The translations under genes were made by a program, and so were the position numbers. Shown in pieces: positions 50,901 through 62,447 of a DNA stretch of 64,000 nt; the first letter of the stretch is position 1; every line of letters begins with the position of its first letter. Origin of the DNA: Dipteris shenzhenensis (lineage: Eukaryota); NCBI GenBank assembly GCA_047967505.1, contig CM106538.1. One strand, given 5' to 3'. The notes beneath the pieces are model-generated. The model was not told where the DNA came from. It saw nothing but the letters and a program-made list of their open reading frames with translations, and ran no database searches.

Positions 50901-53900
50901 GATCCTGTACATAGTACTTGTTATGTACCTGCGTTGTACGCCCGTACTGTGTCGTACTGTGCTCCATTGCGCTGCACTTTTCGTACAGCCGTACGTTGTG
51001 TTCCGCACTTCGTCGTACTGCATTCCGTACTTGCGTCGACGTACAGACGTACACTCAGCTCTGTACCTGAACTACCGCATGTCTACGTACATGCGTTTCG
51101 ACGCCGTACAACCGTACAATGTACTATGCATCCGTACATTCGTACACTGTAATTGCATCTGTACATTGTACAAGATCCGTATGATTGTACGCACACCGTA
51201 CAATGGACTTGCTCCGTACATCCGTACAACTACACCGTACATGTTCCGTACAGCTCGTACTTGTCCGGAGAGTTCCGTACAGGTTTGGCACGTGTGAAGT
51301 CTCTTGCATGACATTGGCAAATTTGGGGCTTTCAATACCTTTCATCTCCTCTAGTTGCAACTTCTTGCAAGAACACTAGAGATTCGGGATTTGGTCTGCA
51401 ATTTCTTTTTGATTGCTATACATTTGAGTCACATTTGCAGGACATTGAGTCATTTTACATGACATTGAGTCACTTTTGCAGGACATTGAGTCAGATTTGC
51501 ATACATTGGGTCACATTTGCAAAAATTTCAGCAAAATTTGGGGCTTTTTAGCATTTGCCCTCTTTGTGGCCTATTTGCCCTCAATAAATTTGGGGCTTTT
51601 GCCAGATTTGCTATTTTTTGCAGTGAACATTGCCTGTCACAGTCACATTTGGGTCAGCATTTGCCCTTTGATTTGGGTCAGAAATTTGCAGATATTTGCT
51701 GTCATTTTTGGACAGCCAGCTTTTTGCAGTGATAGCCTTGAGGCTTTTGGGTTTTCAGGTCTTTTCTAGGGTATCACATTTGCTATGGTTGGGAACAATC
51801 AAGATTTATTTGGAGTTCTTCGTGAAGATGATAAGTTGGATGGCACCAACTATCCGATGTGGTCTTATCTCATGAAACATATTCTTGTTGCAAAGCATTT
51901 GTGGAATATTGTTTCTGGGGCTGATCTGAGGCCAGCCAATGCAACAGTGGTTACCTCTACTGCTGGTCCTTCTGCAGGGGGTACTCCTCCTGATGCCTCT
52001 AGCACTCCTGCTGCTGCTCTTCCAACTCAAGAACAGTCAAGATGGGATGCAAGAGATGCAAATGCACATTCATGCATTGCTTTATCATGCAAGAGAATCA
52101 TTATTCCACACATCCAGTCTTGCAGGACAGCAAAGGATGCTTGGGATAAATTGGCTTCTCTCTATCAGATTCGCAATGAAGCTCGTGTTGCATATTTGAG
52201 AAGGCAATTACAGGAAGTCAGTATGAATGAAGGTGACTCTATGGATGCATACCTAACAAAGGTCAAGGACCTCATGGAACAGCTTGCCAACATTGATGAG
52301 GTGGTGCCAAATTCACAGCTTGTCAGTACCACATTGAATGGACTGCCAGATACATATCAAGGGTTTCCTACAACCCTTCGATTAGTGGCCATGGGTAATC
52401 CAGAGTACTATTCTTTTGATCAGCTAGTTACTTTGCTTTTGCAGGAAGAGCAAAGTAGAGCTAATAGACAAGCCATTATTCCTGGTCGTGCATTTGCTTC
52501 ACAGCAGACAGGAAGAGGCAAGGCTTCCAAGCCTATGGGCAAGCCAAAATCTGTGCATAGCAGCTGCAATTCCTCCCATGCATCTAAAAATACAGCAGAT
52601 AAGTCAAAGAAGAAAAGATGCAACTTTTGTCGCAAGCTTGGACATGACATTTCAGAATGCAGGAAGCGCATTGCTTCGGAGAAAAAGAAAGCAGGATTGA
52701 CAGGTAATGCCTCACATGCTATTGAATCCCATGAGCCAGAAGATGCTTCACATGCACATGCTCTTCAAGATGATTGGGCATGGGCTGTCCGTTGCTCATT
52801 TGATCCCTCCAAAGCTGATGCATTCTTTACTGCTAATGACGCTCAGTCCTGGTACTTTGATAGTGGTGCTTCCAAGCATGTTACATCTTGCAGACAGTTG
52901 TTTCATTCTTTAGCTGATGCACCTCGAGGGGGGACTGTTACATGTGCTAATAATGCTTCATATGCTGTAAAAGGAGTTGGAGATGTGCAGCTCACATCCA
53001 TTTCAAGCCATCCTGTCACTTTGACAAATGTTCTTTTTGTGCCTGGCATTGAAGTCAACTTGATTTTAATTTCAGCAATTGCTACTTCAGGTTTCAGAGT
53101 AATTTTTGATGGCTACAGATGTCTAGTTTATGATCTTCGTGATGACAATGCCATAGTTCTCATTGGCACTTTGCAAAAAGGGCTTATCACCTTGATCATC
53201 ATTCAGCTGCACTTTCTATTAAAGCATTGACTATTTCAGATTCACAGCTTGCTGAAACTCATCTTTGGCATGAGAGAATGGGCCATCTCAATTATAGAGC
53301 TCTTGCAAAGCTACATTCACAGTAGATGGCAAATGATGTACCTCAGACTCACACAGTTTCCAAACATGTGTGTGAGGGTTGTCTTTTGGGTAAGATGCAT
53401 CGATTTCCTTTTCAAAAGAATTGTCCAAAGCTCTCACAAAGGAAATTGCAGCTAGTACACAGTGATGACTGTGGCCCAATGAGGACAAATGCCATTAGGG
53501 GGTATAAGTATTTCATGACTCTCATTGATGATTTCACAAGATATTGCTGGGTATATCCTTTAAAGGCCAAATCTGAAGTTTTCTTATGCTTTCAGAGATG
53601 GCTGAATATGGTTGAGAATGAATCAGGAAGCAAGCTTGTCACCCTCAACACAGATAGGGGGGGTGAGTATATGTCAAAGGAGTCTGATGCCCCATGGGCT
53701 GTCCTAAAATCTAATCTAACAAGGAGATGTGTATTCTGCCCATGTAGCAGCCAATCTGCTACCCACACGGCAGGCCCCTTTATCCCTTCCTATGCTGTGC
53801 GTCATCATCCCCCATCTCCTCCTCATATTGGGCTCACAAATCCCGTGAACTTAATATTCCAGCAAAACTTTGCTGAGACACATAAGGCTGGCAGCAGGAA

Positions 53901-56127
53901 AGATGCCAATGTAGGAAATCACGAAATCACAACAAATAGACGATTTTGAATTTGCAAAGAAAGAGAGCCTTTAGTATGTTTTTGAGCTTTTACAAGAGAG
54001 AACTCCCAAGTGGGGAGAGAACACGTCCAATTTGGAAGAACTCCACCAGCCCCTTGCTCTATGTCCTCCGGCATCTCAGTCATAATCATAGATGCCAGTA
54101 TATGAAATTCACAATCTAAATCCACGCGAAAATCCTTCGTGTAAATCTGTTACAAATTTCATCTTTAAATGTTTCCCTTGGGAAATGTGTTTGGCATAGA
54201 ACTTGTACAATCACCTCGCCTTGAAGTGTGTGCCTTAACAATAAGCCTTATCTTGAAATCCGCATCCTGGCTCCTCAATAAAATCACAATCCGTCTCAAA
54301 TTCGATCTTTCCGACTTCCCTGAAGTGCTTTTCTTTGAAACTTGCATTTCCCAAATGCAGGCCCCTTTCGAGACAAACATTGGAAGAAATTTCTCCACTA
54401 CAAAAGGTCTTAAGTCTAGAAGTAGTTGAATTTGGAGGATTGGACTTATTCTAAATTTGTATGATTGGACTTATTCTAGTCTTACAAAGGTATATATAGA
54501 ATTTGGAGGAATTCAAGAAGGTAGCCTCTGACCGTCTTTTTCAGAGTATGCTATAGCGGAAGTGTGTGTCCAATGATCTAGTTAATTGATACTAAGAAGG
54601 ACTGAAAAAAATAAAATAAAACTTTCATAACACAATTTAGAGCTCATGAACATGAAATAGAAATTGAAACACACAAACAATGACACCGTATGTGGTGCAA
54701 CAAACGGGGATTACTTCCATTAGAGCTAAGCCCTTGACATATTTTTATATTAGAATCTAGCTATATGTATATGCTGAAACTCAGTTCAGTGTTTGGTTCA
54801 CATGCTTTATATGTCTTATGGTCTCATAGGTTGTTTGGCTGCTTACAGAAATCAATAAATCTCTCTTTTCGTTTTTTCTTTTTTTCTTCTCTCTCTCTAG
54901 TAGATGTATTATAGTATACAGATATCTTTGTTTAAATTAATAATGGAACTTCTAGTGGGAAGTATGTTTGTTTTCACTTCTTTATCTAGAATGCGCCTGC
55001 CATTGGGAGGATGCATTTGTAATGTGCCATCAGTTTGATATGAAGGTTTGAAGGCAAGCAGGTTTAATCTATCAAGCACAAATAATACATTACTTGTTTG
55101 TAAGCACTTTGATGGATGTTGTAGAAAGAGTTATTGAGGCTTGCCTGTCCTCTAGTTCAAAATTTAACTTACAGGTAGGCCCTTTGTGCCTATATTCCGA
55201 TCAGAAAGAAGTTAGGTTGTTGACAGGAAAACACTTGCATATGGGTTCTTGCAGGGTTGGCTCTGGAAGTGCATGCCGCAGTCTTTATGGTGGATTTGTA
55301 AAGTGGATAATGGGAAAGGTAATTCCTCGTTTTAAGTTGTCCCAAAGTTTGTTTGTTTGGACTTGTGGGATTTTGACTTACACTAGTAAGTTGCCATAAG
55401 TACTGACTCTTCTTGTTGTTATTGGGAAAGCAGGACGATGAAGGCAAGGACAGCATTGCAGTTCAGCTTGCTGATGAGAAGCATTGGGAAGATCTTGTGG
55501 TCATTATTGCAGTGGTGTGTAAACTGACAAACATGGTGTGCGTGGGTGCCTTCGATAGGCTATTAACTCTGAGAAGCATGGTGTGCTTGGGTGCCTCTGA
55601 TAGATAATTAACAAGACGCTTTGATATTTGTATACTGCTGAAATCTAAGAGAATTGCTGCTTCATTTCAGGGTTGTCCCCTGATAGACAGGGTTGTAGTA
55701 GTTGTATGAAGTACTGACATGGCTGGATCTTTTTTTTGTGTGCTTAAACAGGTAAGTTCTCGTCAGAAAGAAACCAGCAGTACAGCTGGCATGCAAGAAA
55801 GCGTTTGCACTAGTAAGCTTTTACATCACAGGGCTAAGGTAGGCCTTCTCTTTATCTATGTGTAAGTGTCATATCCTGGTCTCACAAGTAAATTTCTAAG
55901 GGTTTGTACAAAGCCTTAGATGATAACAAAACTGAGCTCGAGGCTGATTTCTAGAAGAAAATTATCCAGGAGCTGGTCCCCAAACTTATTGTGGACATGG
56001 AAGATGCAATCAAACATCATGATTTTGCAGCATTTGCTCGCATCTGCTGTGCAGACAGCAATCAATTTCATGCCACATGCTTGGACACTTCTCCTCCAAT
56101 ATTCTATATGAATGACACTTCTCGAAG
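41035..56127 (+). CDS. MVD: Diphosphomevalonate (mevalonate-5-diphosphate) decarboxylase, exons 1-7; 3' exons outside the window
   Basis: Exons 41035-41271, 41508-41706, 46588-46654, 55255-55318, 55434-55514, 55752-55838 and 55970-56127 are all GT-AG and phase-compatible. Motifs: [75 protein letters not shown]. Confidence 0.96.
41508..41706 (+). CDS. MVD: MVD exon 2
   Basis: [12 protein letters not shown]...[15 protein letters not shown]. Confidence 0.95.
41917..41948. repeat. (CT)n microsatellite in MVD intron 2
   Basis: Seen directly. Confidence 0.9.
42266..42542 (+). mobile_element. Structured non-coding repeat, copy A, with ~16-bp TSD
   Basis: TAGGCCTAATTGTAGC at 42250-42265 and 42543-42558; homologous to 62547-62883. 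Confidence 0.85.
42560..45330. mobile_element. Decayed LTR-retrotransposon-derived sequence with internal duplications
   Basis: ...GCAACA T TGGTACCTAGG (possible LTR end and PBS at 42876-42888). 43290-43545 resembles 44440-44725; 60-bp tandem at 43544-43659; ~58-bp tandem at 44807-44908. Confidence 0.45.
46588..46654 (+). CDS. MVD: MVD exon 3
   Basis: [28 protein letters not shown]. Confidence 0.9.
47300..48944 (+). mobile_element. Decayed copia 3' half (RT/RNase H with internal deletion) and 3' LTR 48708-48944
   Basis: [17 protein letters not shown] and [32 protein letters not shown] then TGTTAG. Confidence 0.85.
49000..50203 (-). mobile_element. Leader region of an LTR element on the minus strand with tRNA-Met PBS
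   Basis: GCTCTGATACCA at 50191-50202 lies next to TGTAAG at 50204. Confidence 0.55.
50204..50804. repeat. LTR-derived TG...CA segment between two divergent PBSs
   Basis: TGTAAG at 50204, CCTACA at 50804; PBS on - at 50191-50202 and on + at 50806-50817. Confidence 0.7.
50850..51281. repeat. Dense GTAC/CCGTAC motif array in the copia leader
   Basis: About 33 GTAC counted by eye in ~430 bp. Confidence 0.9.
51420..51521. repeat. ~20-bp tandem repeat (GACATTGAGTCACATTTGCAG), about 5 units
   Basis: Seen directly. Confidence 0.8.
55255..56127 (+). CDS. MVD: MVD exons 4-7 cluster
   Basis: [66 protein letters not shown]. Confidence 0.95.
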
Positions 56128-56447
56128 GTAAGTTTCCTGAGTCCATTCTTGGTTGAATTAGTCACACAGCCCCTATCTTCTTGAATCATTGTTGGAATGA
56201 TTTTCTTCCACCTTCCGTACCCCTCAATTGTTTAGATCATTCCATGTTGCTTTGGGAAGGGTCAGTGTTTTGAGTACAAAGGTTGCAACAATGGTGGATG
56301 TTAGGTTTTCTTCCAAATGTGTGCATATTGAAATCGAAGCTTTTTTATTTCTTATTTTTGCTGGTGCTGTGGTGGGAGTGGAAGGATCAGATTGATGCCT
56401 GTCTCGATGGCAAAGGGTTCAAAATGAGGCTGCAATGAAGAACAAGT

Positions 56448-59400
56448 TGTTAGAAAGTGAAATCCCACCAGAGGGTATACCACAGCGGAAGACTGATAGA
56501 TTAACCCAGGAATTACAGGCGGAAGTGTTTCACTACGGAATCAAGTCTCATCAACATGTGTATACTTCACAACCATTCATGTGTGTGCAGACTAGCGAAT
56601 AGATTGTGCTCAAAGACAATACAGAAGCAACTCTATGTATTTACGTCCGTCCACAAACTGTACAAGATACAATACCAAAAGGTTCTCCTACTATATGCTT
56701 GGCAGCTTTAGATCTCTGAGCTTGCATGCTCCACTGAGCGTATGTAGATTCTCTGTCCAAAGGATCTCTTCCACCTTTGTGTGTGGAAACTCAGCTTACG
56801 TGGGCAGCACCTTGAGCTAAGTCCGCAGCCCTCTGTGTATACGCCCAGGGATGGTCCTCTTGCTGCTCCTTCCTGCTCTGGTTTGCTGCTCCAAGTGATG
56901 AGGTACTGAGGCCCTAGGGCCACCTTTTATAGGGCTGGAGCCCCTGCCAAAAAACCGACCTACTTGGCCGACTTTTACTGCTCCTACCAGCCGACTGGAG
57001 GGGGAGGGTGTAAATAGCCCTCCTGGAGCTCAGTTGCTTGCTTTGATTGGCCCTACCTGGCCACATGGCTTCCATCCATTGGTCTAGGCAGTCCCACCCT
57101 CCAAACCTGCCCATAGGGTCCAAAACCTTTGCTGAACCTGTTTTCCCTGTGCATTTCTGGCCTCTTCATGTATGGACAGCATCTGGATCTAGATCTACCC
57201 TCCATGGTGGATCTCCTCTGCTAGGTACTTCCACATTCTCTCTGCTGCCCACATGACAGCTCATGTGCTGCCCATGTGGCAGCCCCATGCCAAAATTCTG
57301 AATTCTATCAACCTATAGTCCACCCCCCCGATGCACTCCTCATATGGGGGCTCACAAGTGGGGAGGTGACCTATCTATTCCAACACCCCCTCTCCCCGAC
57401 CCATTTTGGCCCAATCCCAATCCGTCGATGAAGATGCTCCGGGAGCTCTCATATCGTAGTTCTCTGGAACACTTTGGGGTGGTCATAGTCTTCTCTTGGG
57501 TTTTCAACTAGTGGCTCTTGCTCCGCCAGGTCGGGTCCTGTTTTTGCACAGCAGTCTGGTATGCAGGTCCATACTTGGCAGCACCTAATGGCACCATCAC
57601 CTTCAGTCACAAACCTGCCTCTGAACTTGCGCTCTGTAGAATCCAGATTACCTGGACCATCAAGCTCTAGCTGTAGTTTTGTATCGTTGTCCCCCTCTAA
57701 GTCACAACCACCGTCTGACCTCGAGTCTTCATGTCCTATCGAATAACACGAGCCAAGCAGCAAGGTGACTCTAGGCACTTGTCATTGTTTATCACCTTCA
57801 CAATTGATCTTGACTCCTCTTTTGACCAATCCTCAATGTCTGACATTGTGACAGTCACATAGGGGTCTACATATTTGATCTCAGCAGCACACGGAGTGGC
57901 CACCAGGAAAAGTTCTCCCCGCCACTTGAGTTGACTTCTCTGACTCTGGGTTGGCACCCTTCTTCTTTCTGCAATCTTTCACAAAATGTCATGGCTCATC
58001 ATAGTAGAAGCACTTCCTCTCCTTTCTCTTCTTCTTGTTCTCTTCATCTGAAGAGTCCGCTTTGTCGTCATATTTGGGGTTGCCTTTACCAGGGTTGCCC
58101 TTACTCTTGCTTGTGCTCCTATCCTGAGCTATCAGGGCCTTGTCATCCTTATCCGTACCATCGTAATTCTTTTCCCAAGCTTCTTGCTGCAGCAGTAATG
58201 GAACTTGTTCCTCAAAAGTCACTAGCGTCGCCATATGCGTGCAGTCATCGTAGTCACAAAACTACTAGTACTTGTATAAATGGATGCTCAAGTATGTGTG
58301 GGTGTGTGGATTTGTATGTGTGAGAGCATATTTTTATACTATGGTCTCCACTCACTGTTGGGTGCTGATGACGTCAGTGAGGATGTCATAGTAGCTAGTC
58401 CTTGCTATGCATGATGGAGTTTATGGTTTTCAACCTTGTGAGTGACTATTATGAGATTGAAACTGCACTATGTTGTGTTTTTAGAGGATGAGTTTGGGAA
58501 TGTTCCTGGATTCATCTAGGTATATATAGTACCATAGCTCCGGGGGAGCATTCCCAACAAGAGCCTTGCCATCCTAGTCGAGCTCGTCCTTTGACCAATT
58601 GCCGCCAGTTGATCCCGCACCACCTTCATCTTGGTATGTGTTCCTGCGTCCTTCATCCATCCTCGTGCCGTACAACCTTGTCTTGAGGTCCAAGATTCTT
58701 GCCTCATTGTCGAGTTCATACATATCCCTCAATGTCGTGCAGGCCTCGAAAGAAATGCTCGCCATCGAAATATGTGGCAGCACCATGTTAGCCATCGTAC
58801 CCACAATGATAGCCAAGGCTTTCACATCTCGGATATGCCATGCCCTTACTAATACAGGGTTTGTTGGCGTTGTCACCACTGCCAAGGATGATGTGGCTAG
58901 AGTAGTTACGGTGGCGTGAGGTATCATCCCGTTAGAATCCCCAACGACTCCCTCTACTCTAAGTGGCTCCGAATCTTCATTTTCTACAAGGGGTAGTTGG
59001 TCTCGTTGAGCTTGCCTGACTCTCTAAAATTTGGGATCTGGTATCTATTGGCCATGTTAATGAACTGAAAGAGGTAAAGAGTGTTGTACCCTTGTTTGAA
59101 CCTCAGTGTCCCACTTGGGTGCAATCCTTCAGATGTCTGCTTGAACCTGAGGCCCCCTCCTGGGTACAATCCTTCAGACACTAAAGCTAATTCCTTCGAG
59201 CAGTGAATCAAGGTAGTCTTTAAGAAAGGTCCTTGCCTTCAAGCTCCACTTCTCGAGAACTTCTGTTAGGACTTTAATACCATGTTAGAAAATGAAATCC
59301 CACCAGAGGGTATCCCGTAGCGGAAGACTGATAGATTAGCTTAGGAATTACATGCGGAAGTGTTTCACTATGGAATCAGTGTCACAACAAATGTTTCTTG

Positions 59401-60246
59401 ATTTTGCTAGGCGTTTCAAAACCATTCATGTGTGTGCAAACTAGCAAATAGATTGTGCTCATAGACAATATAGACGCAACTCTTATATATTTCCGTCCAT
59501 CCACAAGTTGGACAAGATACAATACCGAAAAGATGCCCGGATTATATGCCTGGCACCTCTAGATCTTTGAGCCCTTGTGCTCCACTGAGCGTATGTAGAC
59601 TCTCCGTTCAAAGGATCTCCTCCACCTTGCTATTTGGTAACTCAGCCTAGGTGGGCAGCACCTTGAGCGAAGTCTATAGCTCTCTATAGGTCTCTTTCAC
59701 CTCCTGTGTATAGGCCCAAGGATGTTCCTCCTTCTTGCTCTTGGTTTGCTGCTCCAGGTAATGAGGCCCATTGGGCCACCTTTTATAGGGCTGGAGCCCC
59801 TGCCCAAAAGCCGACCTGCTTGGCCGACTTTTACTGCCCCTACCAGCCGATCAGAGGGAGAGGGCTATAAATAGCCCCCAAGTGCTCAGTTGCTTTCTTT
59901 GATTGGGCCTGCCTGGCCACATGGTTTCCATCCATTGGCCCAGTCAGTCCCACCCTTTATCCTTTGCCCCAAACCTACATATAGGGTCCAAAATCTTTGC
60001 TGAACCCCTTTTCCCGGTGCATTTCTATCCTCTCCATGTATGCACAACATCTGGATCTAGATCTGCCCTCCATGGTGGATCTCCTCTGTTAGGTACTTCC
60101 ACATTCTCTCTGCTGCCCACATGACAGCTCATGTGCTGCCTATGTGGCAGCCCCATGCCTAATCCTATCAAACTATGCTCCATCCCCCTGATGCACTCCT
60201 TATATGGGGGCTCACAAGTGGGGAGGTGACCTATTCTATTCCAACA
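56448..60246 (-). mobile_element. Non-autonomous copia-derived element: long LTRs plus decayed gag only (TR-GAG-like)
   Basis: LTRs at 56448-57385 and 59283-60246; TSD CAAGT at 56443-56447 and 60247-60251. Degenerate PBS TGGTATTAAAG; PPT at 57386-57397; gag remnant GKLNETNYPL..LPRSY..CFYYDEP. Confidence 0.9.
58272..58526 (+). mobile_element. Structured non-coding repeat, copy B, inserted in gag
   Basis: Flanked by TAGTAC (58266-58271 and 58527-58532); same right end as copy A. Confidence 0.85.
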
Positions 60247-60374
60247 CAAGTTTGCGATGCCTCTTTCAAGGAGCCAAGTTTTGTGTTAAAGTTAATCCCA
60301 AATCTTTGGGATTAAACCACAGGATGTGCCTAACATTGTATTCTTAACTTGTTATCATCACTACAAGTTCAAAG

Positions 60375-61630
60375 TGTTGGAAATAGAGGATAGAATCACT
60401 CACACCTCACTTCCTATCTAGCTCATACAACACTCAGAAAAACTGAAAGAGAGATAGGACAAAACTCAGATATATTCCTCCACAATCGTGGGCAACAAAA
60501 GCTCAAGGATGAGCATGTACAAACAGCCCGAGATGTTGTCAATGATGCTGAGCCTATTCCTCTCCGTGTCCGCTTGCTTGTGTGCAAGGCTGTAAGTGCA
60601 GGTGATGAGGAATGAGGCGGGAAGGGGGGCTTTTATAGGAGGGGCTAGGCCCCCTCAATCTTGCCGACCAGGGAGTTGGCTTCCTGCCCAATGCACCGAC
60701 TGACCAGACTGGTTGGCCTTTGCTGGCCAATCAGGTCGGCTTGGGCCAGGCCTATTGAAGGGCCCATAAGCCCCGCTTATGGGCTGCTGTTGCAGCTCCC
60801 AACCCGCTTGTGTGTAGGTCAGGAGGCGCCTAGGATGCCGCACCACCTTGCTACTGCAGTGCGGGTTCCCTGCCAGGTAGGTTTGTCCCCTCAAATCGGG
60901 GGCTCACAGGTGGGGTAGTGACCTTCTAACACCCCCTCTCAATGTCACAGCTGTGGGCCGATCCCCATGCGTCGAATGAGGTGTTCCAATTGCTCCCTGG
61001 GAAGCGTCTGCGTGAAGACATCTGAGATGTTGGTGGTTGGGTAGTATATCAACTCTACGACTTCTTCGTCGATGAGTTCTCGAACAAAGTGGTAGTGGAC
61101 CTCGATGTGTTTCGTCCGTGTGTGAAACACGGGGTTGTTGGTGATCGCTATGCAACTTTGGTTGTTGCACATAATTGCAGTCACATCTTCTTGGGCCACA
61201 TTCATGTCCTCCAAGATCCACCTGAGCCACAATGCTTCATATGCCGCTGTACAGGCAACCTTGTACTCTATCTCTGTAGATGAAAGGGCGACATTAGGTT
61301 TTTTCTTACTCAGCCATGACATGGCTCGTGATGAAAGTAAGAAATAATATCCAGAGGTCGATCTCTGGGTATCAATGTCACCTGCCCAATCACTATCACA
61401 GAAACCTCCCAATTCAATGCCTCTTGTATGAGTGATGCTGTAGGTGCAGGTACCCTTCAAGTACCTTAGCACCCTCATACTTACGTCCCAATGAGCCTTC
61501 TTAGGTGTGGCGGAGAACTGACAGAGCAATCCAACTGCGAAGGAAATGTCTGGTTGAGTATTGGTGAGGTAAAGCAAACTCCCCACCAAGCATCGATATA
61601 GTGATGAAACAACTGGTTGAGATGGATCAG
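60375..61630 (-). mobile_element. copia 3' end: RT C-terminus/RNase H (60945-61630), PPT and 3' LTR 60375-60931
   Basis: [37 protein letters not shown]...CTAACA. Confidence 0.88.
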
Positions 61631-62158
61631 CTGATAGGGCAACACACCATTAAAGATAGAAAGAATTATCACAATACCAACAGGCCGCAACTTGGACGAA
61701 AACTTCACAAGGTGAAATTTGCATGTCTGCTAATACGGCAGAAGCATATACCTAGATGAATCCAGGAACATTTCCAAACTTATCCTCTAAAAACACAACA
61801 TAGTGCAGTTTCAATCTCATGATAGTCACTGGTTATCACCTCCATCATGCATAGCAGGGACTAGCTACTATGACATCCCCACTGACGTCATTAGCGCCCA
61901 ACAGTGGGTGTAGACCATAGTATAAAAATATGCTCTCACACATACAAATCGATACACCCACACATACTTGAGCATCCATTTATACAAAGTCTTCATACTG
62001 AGTTTCTGTCGACACTCCGGAGGTGAAGGGCAGACTCAACCATGACGAAGGCTAGCACTAAAGGAGAAGGCTAATCAAAAGGTAGTCCGAAATCTCTTCA
62101 TTGAAGCTACAACTGCTTGTGAAGTCTAAACATTTTCATTTTAGTCTCTTCCCAACGA
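61626..62158 (-). mobile_element. Structured non-coding repeat, copy C (inverted)
   Basis: Reverse complement of 62458-63003. Confidence 0.88.
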
Positions 62159-62447
62159 CAGAGAGGCAAATCTCTATCTCGACACAGAGGGGGATTTGTG
62201 GCTGGTATTGATTCTATATGTGGATGACCTCATCATTACTGGGGATCGTACGAAGAAGATTGCTCAGGTCAAGAGACTTCTTATGGAGGACTTCGAGATG
62301 ATTGACTTAGGCATACTTCACTACTTTCTTGGGATTGAGGTGAAGCAGGGAAAGAGCAGTATCTTTATTTCACAAGAGAGGTATTGCAGGGAACTGCTCA
62401 AATGCTTTGAGATGGAAAATTGTAAAGTAGCTGTGACTCCCATGGAT
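62159..62447 (+). mobile_element. Inverted copia RT fragment
   Basis: LILYVDDLIITGD...DLGILHYFLGIEV...VTPMD. Confidence 0.85.

Larger units (their letters stand above)
50806..53685 (+). mobile_element. copia 5' half (PBS, leader, gag-protease 51785-53230, partial integrase), truncated
   Basis: [57 protein letters not shown], then loss of homology. Confidence 0.9.

Noticed and set aside
50811-51379. Overlapping Y/V/R/T-rich ORFs on both strands
   Set aside because: By-product of the palindromic GTAC array.
55428-55436. NAGNAG acceptor (AAGCAG) at MVD exon 5
   Set aside because: A common feature with a one-residue effect, and no evidence of use.
61640-61715. IITIPTGRNLDENF as a GIY-YIG endonuclease C-terminus
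   Set aside because: Only a loose resemblance to T-x-P-x-G-L-N; too short, with stops upstream.
62040-62100. ATGACGAAGGCTA...TAGTCCGAAATCTC as a Penelope-type minimal hammerhead on the other strand of the repeat
   Set aside because: C3 of the core is A, no stem I or III can be drawn, and both halves are explained by ordinary hairpins.
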